Shown: positions 49,760-60,827, counted from the first letter of the stretch. The stretch: DNA of 64,000 nt from Gillisia sp. (GCA_024635655.1 JAGXIL010000034.1:20882-84881), one strand, 5' to 3'. Numbers and translations are program-made. The notes: generated by a model not told the origin, from the letters alone.

Positions 49760-51799
49760 ATGGTACCTACTGAAATTCTCTTACGCCACCGTGACCTTAA
49801 TTGGATTAGTTTTAATGAAAGAGTATTACAGGAAGCTGAAGATGCAGATAATCCTTTATATGAGCGCATAAAATTTCTTGCCATATTTTCAGCCAACCTG
49901 GATGAATATTTCAGGGTTAGGGTTTCTCAGCTAAGACAGATAAAAAGAGTAGAAAAAAGTATAAGGAAGAAGCTGGCTCTGCGTCCCACCAAGATCACCA
50001 AAGAGATCCTGGAATTGGTAAAGCTTCAGCAGCAAAAATTTGGAGAGATCTACTACGATCAAATTATTCCGGAGCTTGCCCAAAATAAAATTTTCCTTAT
50101 TGACAGGGAGCATTTTAATGCCGATCAAAAAAAATATGCAGCGGCTTATTATTATAAGGAAGTAGCTTCCCGGGTAGAACCTAAAAAAGGAAATTTTGAT
50201 GAAAAGGAGAAATTATTTCTGGAGAATAACCTGTTGTACTTTGCCGTAACATTTGAAAATAGTGAAGAATTAGGAATCATCAATATCCCTTCTGATGATT
50301 GCGGAAGGTTTGTACAGTTTGAAAAGAATGTCATTACTTTTCTCGACGACATTATAAGAAATGAGATCCAGGGAATATTTTCTGATGAAGAGGTCACCGG
50401 AATATATGCTATCAAGCTTTCCCGCGATGCAGAACTTTATATCGATGATGAATTTGATGGGATCCTGGCGGAAAAAATATATGATTCCCTTGCCCAGCGC
50501 ACCGATGGCCAGCCTACAAGGCTACTGTATGATGCCTTAATGCCTGCTGATGTTCAAAAGAAAATAAGAAAATTACTGGGATTAGGTAAAATCGATATGA
50601 TGCCCGGTGGGCGTTATCACAATTTTAGTGACTTTTTCTCTTTTCCCGATCCCACTAATAATCCGAAGCTACATTCCCCTGTATTGGAACCTGTGAAACA
50701 TAAGGTCCTGGAAAACGCAAAAGATTATTTTTCTGTGATCTCTCAACAAGACCGGGCAGTCCATTTTCCATATATGTCTTTTGGTTATGTTGAACGTTTC
50801 CTGGAGCAGGCAGCAACAGATCCGGACGTAGAGAGTATAAAAATATCCCTTTACCGGGTTGCCGACGAATCCAGACTTACCAATAGCCTAATTAAAGCCC
50901 TTGAAAACGGTAAAGCAGTAACTGTATTTGTAGAGGCAAAAGCCAGGTTTGATGAAGAGAATAATATTATATGGGGCAGGAAATTTGAAGAAAAGGGAGC
51001 TAAGGTAATTTACAGCTTCCCCAAGATCAAAGTGCATTCCAAGATCCTTTTGGTAATTCGAAGGGAAGATGATAAACTTAAGAATTACGCATATATAGGC
51101 ACCGGGAATTTCAACAGTAAAACAGCAGGGATCTATTGTGATCACGCTGTTTTTACAGCAAATAAACAAATAACAAAGGAACTTTCCCGAATATTTCAGG
51201 TACTGGAGGGAAAACTTATTGTGCCCAGGGAAAAGCATTTGTTTATCTCTCCATTTTCTACCCGGAAGAATTTTTCTGCACTTATAATCACTGAGACGGA
51301 AAATGCAAAGGCAGGAATAGAAGCCTCCATTACAGCAAAAATGAATAGTCTTGAAGATGCAGAAATTATAGAATTGCTGTATAAAGCAAGTAATGCAGGA
51401 GTAAAGATACGTCTATTGGTAAGGGGGTTTACCTGCCTGGTACCCGGAGTTAAAGGAATAAGTGAGAACATATTTATTACCAGCATTGTAGACCGGTACC
51501 TGGAGCACGGGCGAATCTATCTTTTTGCCAACGGAGGGGAAGAAAAGATGTTCTTTGGCAGTGCAGACTGGATGACCCGTAACCTGGACCGTCGTATTGA
51601 AGTTATTGCTCCTATATATGATGAGGAAATAGCCCGGGAATTTAAAGATATCCTCAATATCCAGTTGCAGGACAATGTAAAAGCCCGAATCCAGAATGAA
51701 GAAGAAACAAATGCTTTTCTTAAAAAAGGAAAGGGAGAAAGATCCATTCGGTCCCAACATGAAATATATGAGTATTTAAAGAAAAAGCATAGCATATGA
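49760..51799 (+). CDS. ppk1: Polyphosphate kinase 1
   Basis: FNERVLQEA, NLDEYFRVRV, KARFDEENN, KVHSK, GTGNFN, RYLEHGR, SADWMTRNLDRRIE. Confidence 0.96.
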   Translation: MVPTEILLRHRDLNWISFNERVLQEAEDADNPLYERIKFLAIFSANLDEYFRVRVSQLRQIKRVEKSIRKKLALRPTKITKEILELVKLQQQKFGEIYYDQIIPELAQNKIFLIDREHFNADQKKYAAAYYYKEVASRVEPKKGNFDEKEKLFLENNLLYFAVTFENSEELGIINIPSDDCGRFVQFEKNVITFLDDIIRNEIQGIFSDEEVTGIYAIKLSRDAELYIDDEFDGILAEKIYDSLAQRTDGQPTRLLYDALMPADVQKKIRKLLGLGKIDMMPGGRYHNFSDFFSFPDPTNNPKLHSPVLEPVKHKVLENAKDYFSVISQQDRAVHFPYMSFGYVERFLEQAATDPDVESIKISLYRVADESRLTNSLIKALENGKAVTVFVEAKARFDEENNIIWGRKFEEKGAKVIYSFPKIKVHSKILLVIRREDDKLKNYAYIGTGNFNSKTAGIYCDHAVFTANKQITKELSRIFQVLEGKLIVPREKHLFISPFSTRKNFSALIITETENAKAGIEASITAKMNSLEDAEIIELLYKASNAGVKIRLLVRGFTCLVPGVKGISENIFITSIVDRYLEHGRIYLFANGGEEKMFFGSADWMTRNLDRRIEVIAPIYDEEIAREFKDILNIQLQDNVKARIQNEEETNAFLKKGKGERSIRSQHEIYEYLKKKHSI

Positions 51800-52647
51800 C
51801 AACAATTAGAGTAGGCGGTGTTCCGGAACATTTTAATTTACCCTGGCATCTTTGTATTGAAGAAGGAGATTTTCAAGATGAAGAAATTGAAATAATATGG
51901 CGGAATTTTCCCGATGGTACGGGAGCAATGAACAAGGCACTTCGAAATAAAGAGATCGATGTGGCCATTATTTTAACAGAAGGAATAACTAAAGATATTA
52001 TTGCCGGAAATCCTTCCCGAATTATACAGGAATATATTGGCTCTCCTCTGATTTGGGGAATCCATGTCGCCCATAAATCCCGCTTTACTAATGTAAGGGA
52101 CCTGCAAGGTACTAAAGCTGCCATAAGTAGAATAGGCTCCGGCTCCCAACTTATGGCGTATGTAAATGCTCAAAATGAGGGATGGAATCCCGAAAATTTA
52201 AATTTTGAAATCGTTGGGGACATTGACGGGGCGGTAGACGCCTTAACCGGTGATAGGGCTCAATACTTTATGTGGGAATATTTTACAACCAAACCTTTTG
52301 TAGACCGGGAAATTTTCAGGAGAGTAGCAGATTGCCCAACTCCCTGGCCCTGCTTTGTCATAGCTGCTCGAAAAGATATACTGGAGGAAAACCCGCAGGA
52401 AATTAAAAAAATGCTGGAGGTGGTAAATAATAAAACTCAGGGCTTTAAAGAAGTACCTATGATTGAAGAGGAACTGGCAACGCGCTATGGACAAAAAACT
52501 CAGGATATTAAAAAGTGGCTTCAAAAGACCAGCTGGAGCCGGGATCAAATTACAGAAGAAGAGTTAAGCAAAGTGCAAAATACTCTTAAAGAATTAGGAT
52601 TAATTGATAATTCCGTTTCTTCTTCAAAGATTATTTTTAATCTTTAG
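51796..52647 (+). CDS. NMT1/THI5/SsuA-like substrate-binding-fold protein without signal peptide
   Basis: GGVPEHFNLPW, GTGAM, ISRIGSGSQLM, FMWEYFTTKP, TPWPCF. Confidence 0.82.
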   Translation: MTTIRVGGVPEHFNLPWHLCIEEGDFQDEEIEIIWRNFPDGTGAMNKALRNKEIDVAIILTEGITKDIIAGNPSRIIQEYIGSPLIWGIHVAHKSRFTNVRDLQGTKAAISRIGSGSQLMAYVNAQNEGWNPENLNFEIVGDIDGAVDALTGDRAQYFMWEYFTTKPFVDREIFRRVADCPTPWPCFVIAARKDILEENPQEIKKMLEVVNNKTQGFKEVPMIEEELATRYGQKTQDIKKWLQKTSWSRDQITEEELSKVQNTLKELGLIDNSVSSSKIIFNL

Positions 52648-52663
52648 GATAAAATACAAAACC

Positions 52664-53233
52664 ATGAAAAAATTAATTACCCTCTGTTTTATATTATCAA
52701 CCGCGGTTGGTTTTTCTCAACAGGATAATGTGTTTGCACAGGATACAATTGGAGAACCTACGTTGGATAAGCGGGATATTACCTATAACGAAATTAGTAT
52801 AGGTGCTTTTAATCTCATCGCTTTTGGAGCCATAGATATTGCATATGAGCGAATACTTACCCCCAACACCAGCGCATCCATTGAAGGATTTCTCCTCGCC
52901 TGGAATAAAGAAACCTCTTGGGCTTATTCTAAAGAATCATCCCTTACGGGGAAATACAAATATTTCTTTGAAGATAACCACGGCTATGGATTGTATGCTA
53001 ATGGATTCGCTATGCTCTCTTCAGGAAATTATGATGAGGAGGATGAAGGCGCAGAAATTGTAGTCGAAGAAGATTATACAGATTTGGCCCTGGGGTTTGG
53101 CGGAGGATACAAATTTATGGCGAAACAGGGTTTCTTTGCCGATGTTGGTGCCGGGGTGGGGCGTAATTTGTTCAGTAACAACTCTCCTACAATAGTTGCT
53201 CAATTCACTGTGAATATAGGTTTCCGGTTCTAA
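52664..53233 (+). CDS. Small outer-membrane beta-barrel (DUF3575-like)
   Basis: Signal peptide, alternating beta strands, GFGGGYK, C-terminal NIGFRF. Confidence 0.78.
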   Translation: MKKLITLCFILSTAVGFSQQDNVFAQDTIGEPTLDKRDITYNEISIGAFNLIAFGAIDIAYERILTPNTSASIEGFLLAWNKETSWAYSKESSLTGKYKYFFEDNHGYGLYANGFAMLSSGNYDEEDEGAEIVVEEDYTDLALGFGGGYKFMAKQGFFADVGAGVGRNLFSNNSPTIVAQFTVNIGFRF

Positions 53234-53899
53234 TTACCAGTCAATAGGCTGCTTGTTGTGATGAGACAAATATTCATTGGTTTGACTAAAATGTTTATTC
53301 CCGAACCAATGCCCCCTGATAGCACTTAGAGGAGATGGATGTCCACTGGTGAGAACAAGATGTTTGGAGGAGTCAATTTTGGCTCCTTTCTTTTTTGCCG
53401 GGCCTCCCCATAAAAGAAAAACCACGTGCTCCTTTTCTTCAGATATAAGTTCTATCACCCTGTCAGTGAATTTTTCCCAACCTTTCTTAGTATGAGAACC
53501 TGCTTCACGGGCTCTTACAGTGAGTACTGCATTTAACATTAAAACTCCCTGATCTGCCCAATGGGCCAGATTTCCGGTAGAAGGAACAGGCTTTTGAAGG
53601 TCTGAAGCTATTTCTTTGTATATGTTTTTTAGGGACGGCGGAATTTTTGCATCCTCATAAACCGAAAAACACAACCCATGGGCCTGGCGGGGCCCGTGAT
53701 AAGGATCCTGTCCCAGGATCACTACTTTTACCTTATCAAATGTGGCCCGGTTAAACGCTTCAAAAATGGCATCACTTTCAGGAAAACAGGTGTTTTGGGA
53801 ATATTCTTGTTTTACAAAATCAATCAGTTCCTGAAAATAGGGTTTTTCAAATTCATTGCTTAACGGGTTTTTCCAGGAGGGATGAATATTCAGCTTCAT
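53234..53899 (-). CDS. ung: Uracil-DNA glycosylase (family 1)
   Basis: GQDPYH, GLCFSV, PPSLKNI, LNAVLTV, HPSPLS. Confidence 0.97.
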   Translation of the reverse strand: MKLNIHPSWKNPLSNEFEKPYFQELIDFVKQEYSQNTCFPESDAIFEAFNRATFDKVKVVILGQDPYHGPRQAHGLCFSVYEDAKIPPSLKNIYKEIASDLQKPVPSTGNLAHWADQGVLMLNAVLTVRAREAGSHTKKGWEKFTDRVIELISEEKEHVVFLLWGGPAKKKGAKIDSSKHLVLTSGHPSPLSAIRGHWFGNKHFSQTNEYLSHHNKQPIDW

Positions 53900-53944
53900 T
53901 TAATTTAAGTAAATTTGCGGTACCCAAAAATAGGGAAAATTGTT

Positions 53945-56131
53945 ATGATAAAAATTGCATCGAAAACGCTTATTGATTTAGAATTCCCCACCATTTGTAA
54001 ACAAATAAGTGAATTTTGTATAACAAACATGGGGATAGAAAAAGCACTGGAGATCGCCCCTTATACAACGGGTAAAAAAGCGGTTTTCGGGCTTCATCAA
54101 ACCAACGAATATTTAAATTCATACCAACAGGATAGCCGGATTCCCAATCACGGCTTTGACAGTATACATCAGGAGATAAGAATGCTTGCTATTGAAGATA
54201 CCATTCTGGAAACTGCAAGTTTTAAAAAGATCGCCGGACTTTCTGAAACCGCTAATATTCAGCTTAAATTCTTCAGTAAGAACAAAGAATTATATCCCAC
54301 CTTATATGAAACATCTGCCGAGGTAGAATATACGAAGGAGATCACCGAAAAAATCGGAGAGGTGGTCAACCGTTTTGGAGAGGTTAAGGATGAGGCCTCC
54401 CCTGCCCTATTGCAAATAAGGCGGTCCATGAACGTAGTAAAGGGAAAGATCAATTCCAGTTTTACTTCTGCACTTTCTAAATATAATGAGTATGGTTACC
54501 TGGATGAGATCAGGGAGAGTGTTGTTGAGAACATCAGGGTGCTGGCAGTAAAAGCCATGTACCGCAAAAAAGTCAAAGGCGGCATCCTTGGAAATTCAAA
54601 AACCGGAAGCATTGTCTATATACAACCGGAGGCAACAATGATGCATACGCGGGAGCTGAATAATCTTGAATATGAGGAAAAAGAGGAGATCAACAGGATA
54701 TTAAAAACGCTGACAAATTACATACGGCCTTTTCAGGACCTGCTTCAGGATTACCAGGAATTACTTAGTGAGATAGACCTGATCTCAGCTAAGGCAAAAT
54801 ATGCCAGGGAGATTAAAGGTTTACTGCCAAAGATCACTAAAGAGAGAGAGCTGCATATAAAGGATGCTTACCACCCTATTCTGCTTAGGGCAAATAATAA
54901 AGCCGGGGAGAAAACTTATCCTCAAAGTATAGAATTAAAAAAAGACAATCGAATAATTGTGATCTCCGGGCCCAATGCCGGGGGGAAAAGCATAACCTTG
55001 AAAACAGTGGGTTTGCTCCAGGTAATGCTGCAAAGCGGGCTTCTTATTCCGGTGCACGAATACAGCAGAATGTGCCTCTTCAACAGAATTCTTACTGATA
55101 TTGGCGACAACCAGTCTATTGAAAATCATTTGAGTACATATAGTTACAGGTTGAAGAATATGAATTATTTTCTTCGGAAATGTGACGATAAGACCTTATT
55201 CCTTATCGATGAATTTGGAACCGGAAGTGATCCTGAATTGGGTGGGGCTTTAGCTGAAACTTTTCTGGAAGTATTTTATGAGCGCGAATCTTTCGGCATC
55301 TTAACCACGCATTATACCAACCTGAAAATGCTGGCTAATGAATTACCACATATGACCAATGCAAATATGATGTTCGATTCCCGAACCCTGGAACCTTTAT
55401 TCAGGCTTCAGCTGGGAGAAGCAGGTAGTTCTTTCACCTTTGAGGTAGCTCAAAAGAACGGAATTCCGTACAGCCTTATCAACAGGTCAAAAAAGAAGGT
55501 AGAGCGCGGAAAAATACGATTTGATAAAAGTATAGCCGATCTTCAAAAAGAGCGAAGCAAGCTTCAAAAAACCACAGATTCTCTAAAATCGAAGGAATTG
55601 CTTACCACAAAGCAAAAGGATAAACTGGAGGAGACCAATGCGAAGATCCAGCAAAAGCTGGAAGGTTTTCAGGAATTGTTCGACAGCAATCAACGGCTTA
55701 TCTACTTAGGGCAAAAGATCAATGACCTCAGTGAGAAATATTTCACCAACAGGAGAAAAAAAGATCTCATAGGGGAATTCATTAAGATCGTAGAGATCGA
55801 AAATTCTAAACGCGTGAAAGAAACGCCAAAGGAACAAAAGGTTAAAAAAGTAAAGGAGAAAAAGATCCAGGAAGAAGCCATTAAAACAGTGGAAGTCATT
55901 CGGGAACGAAAAAAGGAAGAAAAGAAAAAAGTGGACACTGCAAAAAAAGCAGAAGTTAATAAACCAAAAGCAAATCTTAAACTGGGAGACCGGGTAAGGT
56001 TAGAAAACGGAAAAGCGGTTGGAACTATAGACACCATTGAAAAAGGGAAAGCAGTAGTGAATTACGGCACCTTTACTACCAGTGTCTCCATGGACCAGCT
56101 GGAATTGGTTCAGGCAATGAAAAAGAAATAA
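53945..56131 (+). CDS. mutS2: MutS2-family ATPase, ending in a KOW domain with no Smr
   Basis: SGPNAGGKS, IGDNQSIENHLSTYS, DEFGTGSDP, TTHY; -7 box TAAATTTG at 53910 supports ATG 53945. Confidence 0.88.
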   Translation: MIKIASKTLIDLEFPTICKQISEFCITNMGIEKALEIAPYTTGKKAVFGLHQTNEYLNSYQQDSRIPNHGFDSIHQEIRMLAIEDTILETASFKKIAGLSETANIQLKFFSKNKELYPTLYETSAEVEYTKEITEKIGEVVNRFGEVKDEASPALLQIRRSMNVVKGKINSSFTSALSKYNEYGYLDEIRESVVENIRVLAVKAMYRKKVKGGILGNSKTGSIVYIQPEATMMHTRELNNLEYEEKEEINRILKTLTNYIRPFQDLLQDYQELLSEIDLISAKAKYAREIKGLLPKITKERELHIKDAYHPILLRANNKAGEKTYPQSIELKKDNRIIVISGPNAGGKSITLKTVGLLQVMLQSGLLIPVHEYSRMCLFNRILTDIGDNQSIENHLSTYSYRLKNMNYFLRKCDDKTLFLIDEFGTGSDPELGGALAETFLEVFYERESFGILTTHYTNLKMLANELPHMTNANMMFDSRTLEPLFRLQLGEAGSSFTFEVAQKNGIPYSLINRSKKKVERGKIRFDKSIADLQKERSKLQKTTDSLKSKELLTTKQKDKLEETNAKIQQKLEGFQELFDSNQRLIYLGQKINDLSEKYFTNRRKKDLIGEFIKIVEIENSKRVKETPKEQKVKKVKEKKIQEEAIKTVEVIRERKKEEKKKVDTAKKAEVNKPKANLKLGDRVRLENGKAVGTIDTIEKGKAVVNYGTFTTSVSMDQLELVQAMKKK

Positions 56132-56317
56132 TTTAAGAGCATTTAAGGGCCCGGGTTGGATATATTAATTTTAAAAAGAGAATTAAATAAGTGAATTATT
56201 GTAATTAGATTTCACCAGCAAATTCTTTAAAAGGAATTCGAAGAATTAGCAAAGATATTTATGTATGTGGCCCACAAGAAGCTAAGAACATATCATCTCA
56301 ATTAGTACCTTTACATT

Positions 56318-56737
56318 ATGAATAAACCCATTCCACAGGACAAAAAGATCATCCTCTTTGACGGAGTTTGTAATCTATGTAATAACGCTGTAAATTTTAT
56401 AATTGAAAGAGACAAGGATGATGTATTCCGATTTGCATCCCTGCAAAGTGAAGTGGGAAAAAAATTGGTATCAGAACGCGGAATAGACACTGAAAATATG
56501 GATTCCATGGTTCTCATAGAACCCGGGGTAGCATATTATCAAAGATCTACCGCTGCACTGGAAATTTCCAAAGGTCTATCCGGCGCCTATTCCATGCTCA
56601 GCTATTTTTCGGTTTTACCTGAAGGCTTGCGTGACAGTCTCTACAATCTGGTGGCGAAGAACCGCTATAAGTGGTTTGGAAAAAAAGACGCCTGCATGAT
56701 CCCCACTCCGGAGTTAAAAGCTAAATTTTTAGATTAA
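56318..56737 (+). CDS. DCC1/DUF393 thiol-disulfide oxidoreductase family
   Basis: LFDGVCNLC, FASLQS, YNLVAKNRYKWFG. Confidence 0.92.
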   Translation: MNKPIPQDKKIILFDGVCNLCNNAVNFIIERDKDDVFRFASLQSEVGKKLVSERGIDTENMDSMVLIEPGVAYYQRSTAALEISKGLSGAYSMLSYFSVLPEGLRDSLYNLVAKNRYKWFGKKDACMIPTPELKAKFLD

Positions 56738-56816
56738 ACGCTTATAATGGTCCCACAAATTGTCGACGGTAAACATAAATGACCTGGAGTCATTAGACCC
56801 ATTAGTTTTTTAAAAT

Positions 56817-58160
56817 TTAATAATGGATCTTTTCATTTACCCGGTCAACCGGTTTACCTTCATTAAAATTTGTTTCTACTACCACTTGTTCATTTCCGGG
56901 GACAGATACCATTTTGTCCATCATCATTGATACAGCTGCATCTCCTGTGACATTAACTGTGGTGCGACACATGTCCAGCGGCCTGTCAACGGCGAAGATA
57001 AGAGCTAAACCGGCTTCGGGAATTCCTGCCTGAGCAAGAACGATCACCAGCATCACCATACCTGCACCGGGAACTGCTGCAGAGCCTATTGAGGCTAATG
57101 TTGCAGTTGCAATAATTCCCAGTTGTGTTCCCAGCGTCAGGTCCATTCCAAAGGCCTGGGCTATGAATACAGCCGCTACTGCCTGGTAGAGACTGGTGCC
57201 ATCCATATTAATAGTAGCACCAATGGGTAATACAAAGCTGGAGATCTCCTTTGGAACTTTTAGGTATTCTTCTACCCGTTCCATAGTCACCGGTAAAGTA
57301 GCGGCGCTGGAACTTGTTGAAAACGCCAGTAATTGTGCGGGCGCAATTCCTTTGAAGAAAAAAGCGGGTGTTTTTCTCGTGAAAACATAGACAATTGCTG
57401 CATATACTCCCATCATACAAACTAAACCTATTAGAACGGTAACTGCGTACATGGCCAGAGCTGCAAAGAGATCGGTGCTTGGAGATTCCACCACAAGGGC
57501 AGCCAAAAGTGCAAAAACTCCATAAGGAGCGGTAAGCATGATTAGATCAATGAGTTTTAAAATAACGTCATTAAATCCGTCAAAAAAGTCTTTGACAGGT
57601 TTAGCCGATTTTTCGGGGATGAGGATAAGTCCTATCCCAAATAACACCGCAAAGAATATAACCTGCAGCATGTTTGCATTATCACTTGCTGCAGCAAAAA
57701 TATTACTTGGCACAAGATCCTCCAGCGCCTGTAGTGGCCCTGCTTCCCTGGCTTGCTGTGCCATATCTATTCTTCCGGAAGCATCGCTTTCATAGCTGCT
57801 GAGAAGGTCGTTCCTGGTTTCTTCAGAAATTGCCAACCCGGGTTTTATCACATTTACCAGTACTAATCCTATAGATACGGCAATAACAGTAGTAGCCACG
57901 AATGTTACCACCGTACGGGTACCCATTTTGGAAAGTTTTGAAATATCTTTGAGGTCAGAGACACCTTTTATTAAAGATGCCAGGATCAACGGAACTGCAA
58001 TGAGTTTTAAAGCGTTGATAAAAATGGTGCCGAAAGGTTTGATCCAGTCTCCAACGAACTCGCGCCCCCAGCTAAAATTGGTAAGAATAAGAGAAAATAA
58101 TACACCGGCAGTCATACCGATAAGGATCTGCCAATGCAGCGCCAACTTTTTATTTTTCAC
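56817..58160 (-). CDS. Dicarboxylate/amino acid:cation symporter (GltP-like), copy 2
   Basis: FSTSSSAATLP, LPIGATINMDG, DRPLDMCRT; GTG start. Confidence 0.93.
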   Translation of the reverse strand: MKNKKLALHWQILIGMTAGVLFSLILTNFSWGREFVGDWIKPFGTIFINALKLIAVPLILASLIKGVSDLKDISKLSKMGTRTVVTFVATTVIAVSIGLVLVNVIKPGLAISEETRNDLLSSYESDASGRIDMAQQAREAGPLQALEDLVPSNIFAAASDNANMLQVIFFAVLFGIGLILIPEKSAKPVKDFFDGFNDVILKLIDLIMLTAPYGVFALLAALVVESPSTDLFAALAMYAVTVLIGLVCMMGVYAAIVYVFTRKTPAFFFKGIAPAQLLAFSTSSSAATLPVTMERVEEYLKVPKEISSFVLPIGATINMDGTSLYQAVAAVFIAQAFGMDLTLGTQLGIIATATLASIGSAAVPGAGMVMLVIVLAQAGIPEAGLALIFAVDRPLDMCRTTVNVTGDAAVSMMMDKMVSVPGNEQVVVETNFNEGKPVDRVNEKIHY

Positions 58161-58274
58161 AAAATTTCAATTTAATACAGGAAATAAATGTATGCTATTG
58201 GAAGCATATTTATTCATTTCCTTATCAAATAATTTTACTGAAAATTAAATGTTTTCTTTAAGAAAATTAACTTT

Positions 58275-59612
58275 TTAGATTTTTGTATTTACGGGTTTAT
58301 TCTCCTCTTTTTCAGGGGTGTAAGTGTCATCCCATTCAACCACATTTGGTGGCCCCAGTTTATCAACAGATTTAGCCACGAGCATAGAAACGGCAGCATC
58401 ACCAGTAACATTTACCATGGTCCTGCACATGTCCAGTGGCCTGTCAACGGCGAAGATAAGGGCTAAACCGGCTTCCGGAATTCCCGCCTGCGCCAAAACG
58501 ATCACAAGCATCACCATTCCTGCTCCGGGAACGGCTGCAGAGCCTATAGAAGCTAAAGTGGCAGTGGCAATAATCCCAAGTTGCGCGCCAAAGGAAAGAT
58601 CCATTCCAAAAGCCTGCGCTATGAAAACGGCTGCAACTGCCTGGTAAAGACTGGTACCATCCATGTTAATGGTGGCACCAATAGGAAGTACAAAACTGGC
58701 CACTTCCTTATGAACTCCCATATGCTCTTCAACCCTTTCCATAGTTACCGGTAAAGTAGCTGCACTGGAACTTGTAGAGAACCCGAGTAATTGTGCAGGC
58801 GCAATACCTTTTATAAAGAAGGCCGGAGTATTTTTTGTAAAAACCCATACGATCAAAACATAGAAGCCTATCATGATCGCAAGTCCTATGAGAACCGTGA
58901 GGCCATACATAGCCAGCGCAGCAAAAAGATCTGTACTGGGCGACTCCACTACCAGGGCTGCAAGTAAAGCAAATACCCCATAAGGAGCGGTTAACATGAT
59001 GAGGTCAATGAGCTTTAGGATCACATCATTAAATCCGTCGAAGAAATCTTTTACCGGTTTAGCCTGGGCCTCCGGAATTAATATGAGACCAAGCCCAAAA
59101 AATATAGCAAAAAATATTACCTGAAGCATATTTCCATTATCACTGGCTGCTGCAAAAATATTGCTGGGAACGATATCTTCAAGAGCCTGTAAAGGCCCGG
59201 ACGTTCGTTGCCTTTCAGCATCCTGAATCCTGGATGAAGCGTCCCCTGCGTAACTGGTCAGGAGATCATTCCGGGTATCTTCAGTAATTGTATTTCCCGG
59301 CTGTATTAAATTTACCATTCCAAGGCCTATAGATACCGCAATAACAGTGGTTACAATATAGGTTAGTATAGTTCGGGTTCCCATCTTGGACAACTTGGAA
59401 ATATCTTTAAGGTCAGATATTCCTTTCACAAGGGAGGCAAGAATTAAAGGAACAGCAATTAATTTAAGAGCATTAATGAAAATATTACCAAAAGGCTTGA
59501 TCCAGTCACTAATAAAACCGGGCCCCCAGTCAAAATTGGAAAGCAGTAAAGCGAAGATCACCCCCGCTGCCATTCCAAGTAAAATCTGCCAGTGCAGTGC
59601 TAATTTTTTCAT
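58275..59612 (-). CDS. Dicarboxylate/amino acid:cation symporter (GltP-like), copy 1
   Basis: Same motifs; tandem paralog of 56817-58160. Confidence 0.93.
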   Translation of the reverse strand: MKKLALHWQILLGMAAGVIFALLLSNFDWGPGFISDWIKPFGNIFINALKLIAVPLILASLVKGISDLKDISKLSKMGTRTILTYIVTTVIAVSIGLGMVNLIQPGNTITEDTRNDLLTSYAGDASSRIQDAERQRTSGPLQALEDIVPSNIFAAASDNGNMLQVIFFAIFFGLGLILIPEAQAKPVKDFFDGFNDVILKLIDLIMLTAPYGVFALLAALVVESPSTDLFAALAMYGLTVLIGLAIMIGFYVLIVWVFTKNTPAFFIKGIAPAQLLGFSTSSSAATLPVTMERVEEHMGVHKEVASFVLPIGATINMDGTSLYQAVAAVFIAQAFGMDLSFGAQLGIIATATLASIGSAAVPGAGMVMLVIVLAQAGIPEAGLALIFAVDRPLDMCRTMVNVTGDAAVSMLVAKSVDKLGPPNVVEWDDTYTPEKEENKPVNTKI

Positions 59613-59636
59613 GGTAGGTTATTGTCAGAAATTAAA

Positions 59637-60701
59637 TTAGATTTTTGAGATTTTGTTTTGTAAAAAGAAATCGGCAAGGACCAAAGCTGCCATAGCTTCT
59701 ACTATAGGTACTGCCCGTGGTACTACGCAAGGGTCGTGGCGTCCTTTTCCCTGCATGGAAACTTCTTCTCCTTTAGAATTTATTGTTTGCTGTTTTTGCA
59801 TAAGTGTAGCAACAGGCTTAAAAGCTACCCTGAAGTAAATATCCATCCCATTGGAAATTCCTCCCTGTATGCCACCGCTTAAATTGGTAGTGGTACTTCC
59901 ATCGGTATTGAACTGGTCATTGTGCTGGCTTCCTTTTAATTTGGTGCCTTCAAATCCGCTGCCAAATTCAAATCCTTTAACTGCGTTGATTGATAGCATT
60001 GCTTTTCCCAATTCAGCGTGTAACTTATTAAAAACGGGTTCCCCCAATCCTTTCGGAACATTTTTAATTACACACTGCACAGTTCCTCCTATGGTATCAC
60101 CCTGGGAGCGGATCTCCCTGATCAAAGTTTCCATTTTTTCTGCGGAAGCAGGGTCTGGACATCGAACCGGATTAGATTCTATAAGATTAAAATCAAGTTC
60201 TTTATGGTCTACGCTAATTTCTATTTCTCCAACTGAAGCCGTATAAGTGGAAAAGGAAATTTCCGGAATGATCTGTTTTGCAATGGCACCACCTACTACT
60301 CTGCTGGCGGTTTCCCGGGCAGAGGAACGCCCACCCCCGCGATAATCCCTAACCCCGTACTTCTCGTCATAAGTATAATCTGCATGAGAAGGGCGATAGG
60401 TATCTTTGATATGTGAGTAATCTTTAGATTTTTGATTTGAATTCTGGATCACAAATCCTATTGGAGTGCCGGTAGTTTTCCCCTCAAAGATACCCGACAG
60501 AAATTCTACAGTATCGGGTTCTTTGCGCTGAGTTACAATAGCCGACTGGCCGGGCCTGCGTTTATCCAGTTCTTCCTGCACCTTTTCAAGATCCAGGTTT
60601 ACACCGGCTGGACATCCGTCTATAATACCTCCAATTGCAGTACCATGAGATTCTCCAAAGGTGGTAAGTTTAAAAAGTGTTCCGAAGGAATTTCCGGCCA
60701 T
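59637..60701 (-). CDS. aroC: Chorismate synthase
   Basis: [40 protein letters not shown]; -7 box at 60716-60723. Confidence 0.97.
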   Translation of the reverse strand: MAGNSFGTLFKLTTFGESHGTAIGGIIDGCPAGVNLDLEKVQEELDKRRPGQSAIVTQRKEPDTVEFLSGIFEGKTTGTPIGFVIQNSNQKSKDYSHIKDTYRPSHADYTYDEKYGVRDYRGGGRSSARETASRVVGGAIAKQIIPEISFSTYTASVGEIEISVDHKELDFNLIESNPVRCPDPASAEKMETLIREIRSQGDTIGGTVQCVIKNVPKGLGEPVFNKLHAELGKAMLSINAVKGFEFGSGFEGTKLKGSQHNDQFNTDGSTTTNLSGGIQGGISNGMDIYFRVAFKPVATLMQKQQTINSKGEEVSMQGKGRHDPCVVPRAVPIVEAMAALVLADFFLQNKISKI

Positions 60702-60827
60702 AGGTCGATTTTCAACAAATGTAATTTTTTAACTACAAATTAGGAAATGTAATTTCAGTTAATATTTAATCTGAACAGGCTTCTCCAAAGGAAGTTCTAT
60801 TTCCCCCGGCCGGAACAGAGAAAAATT

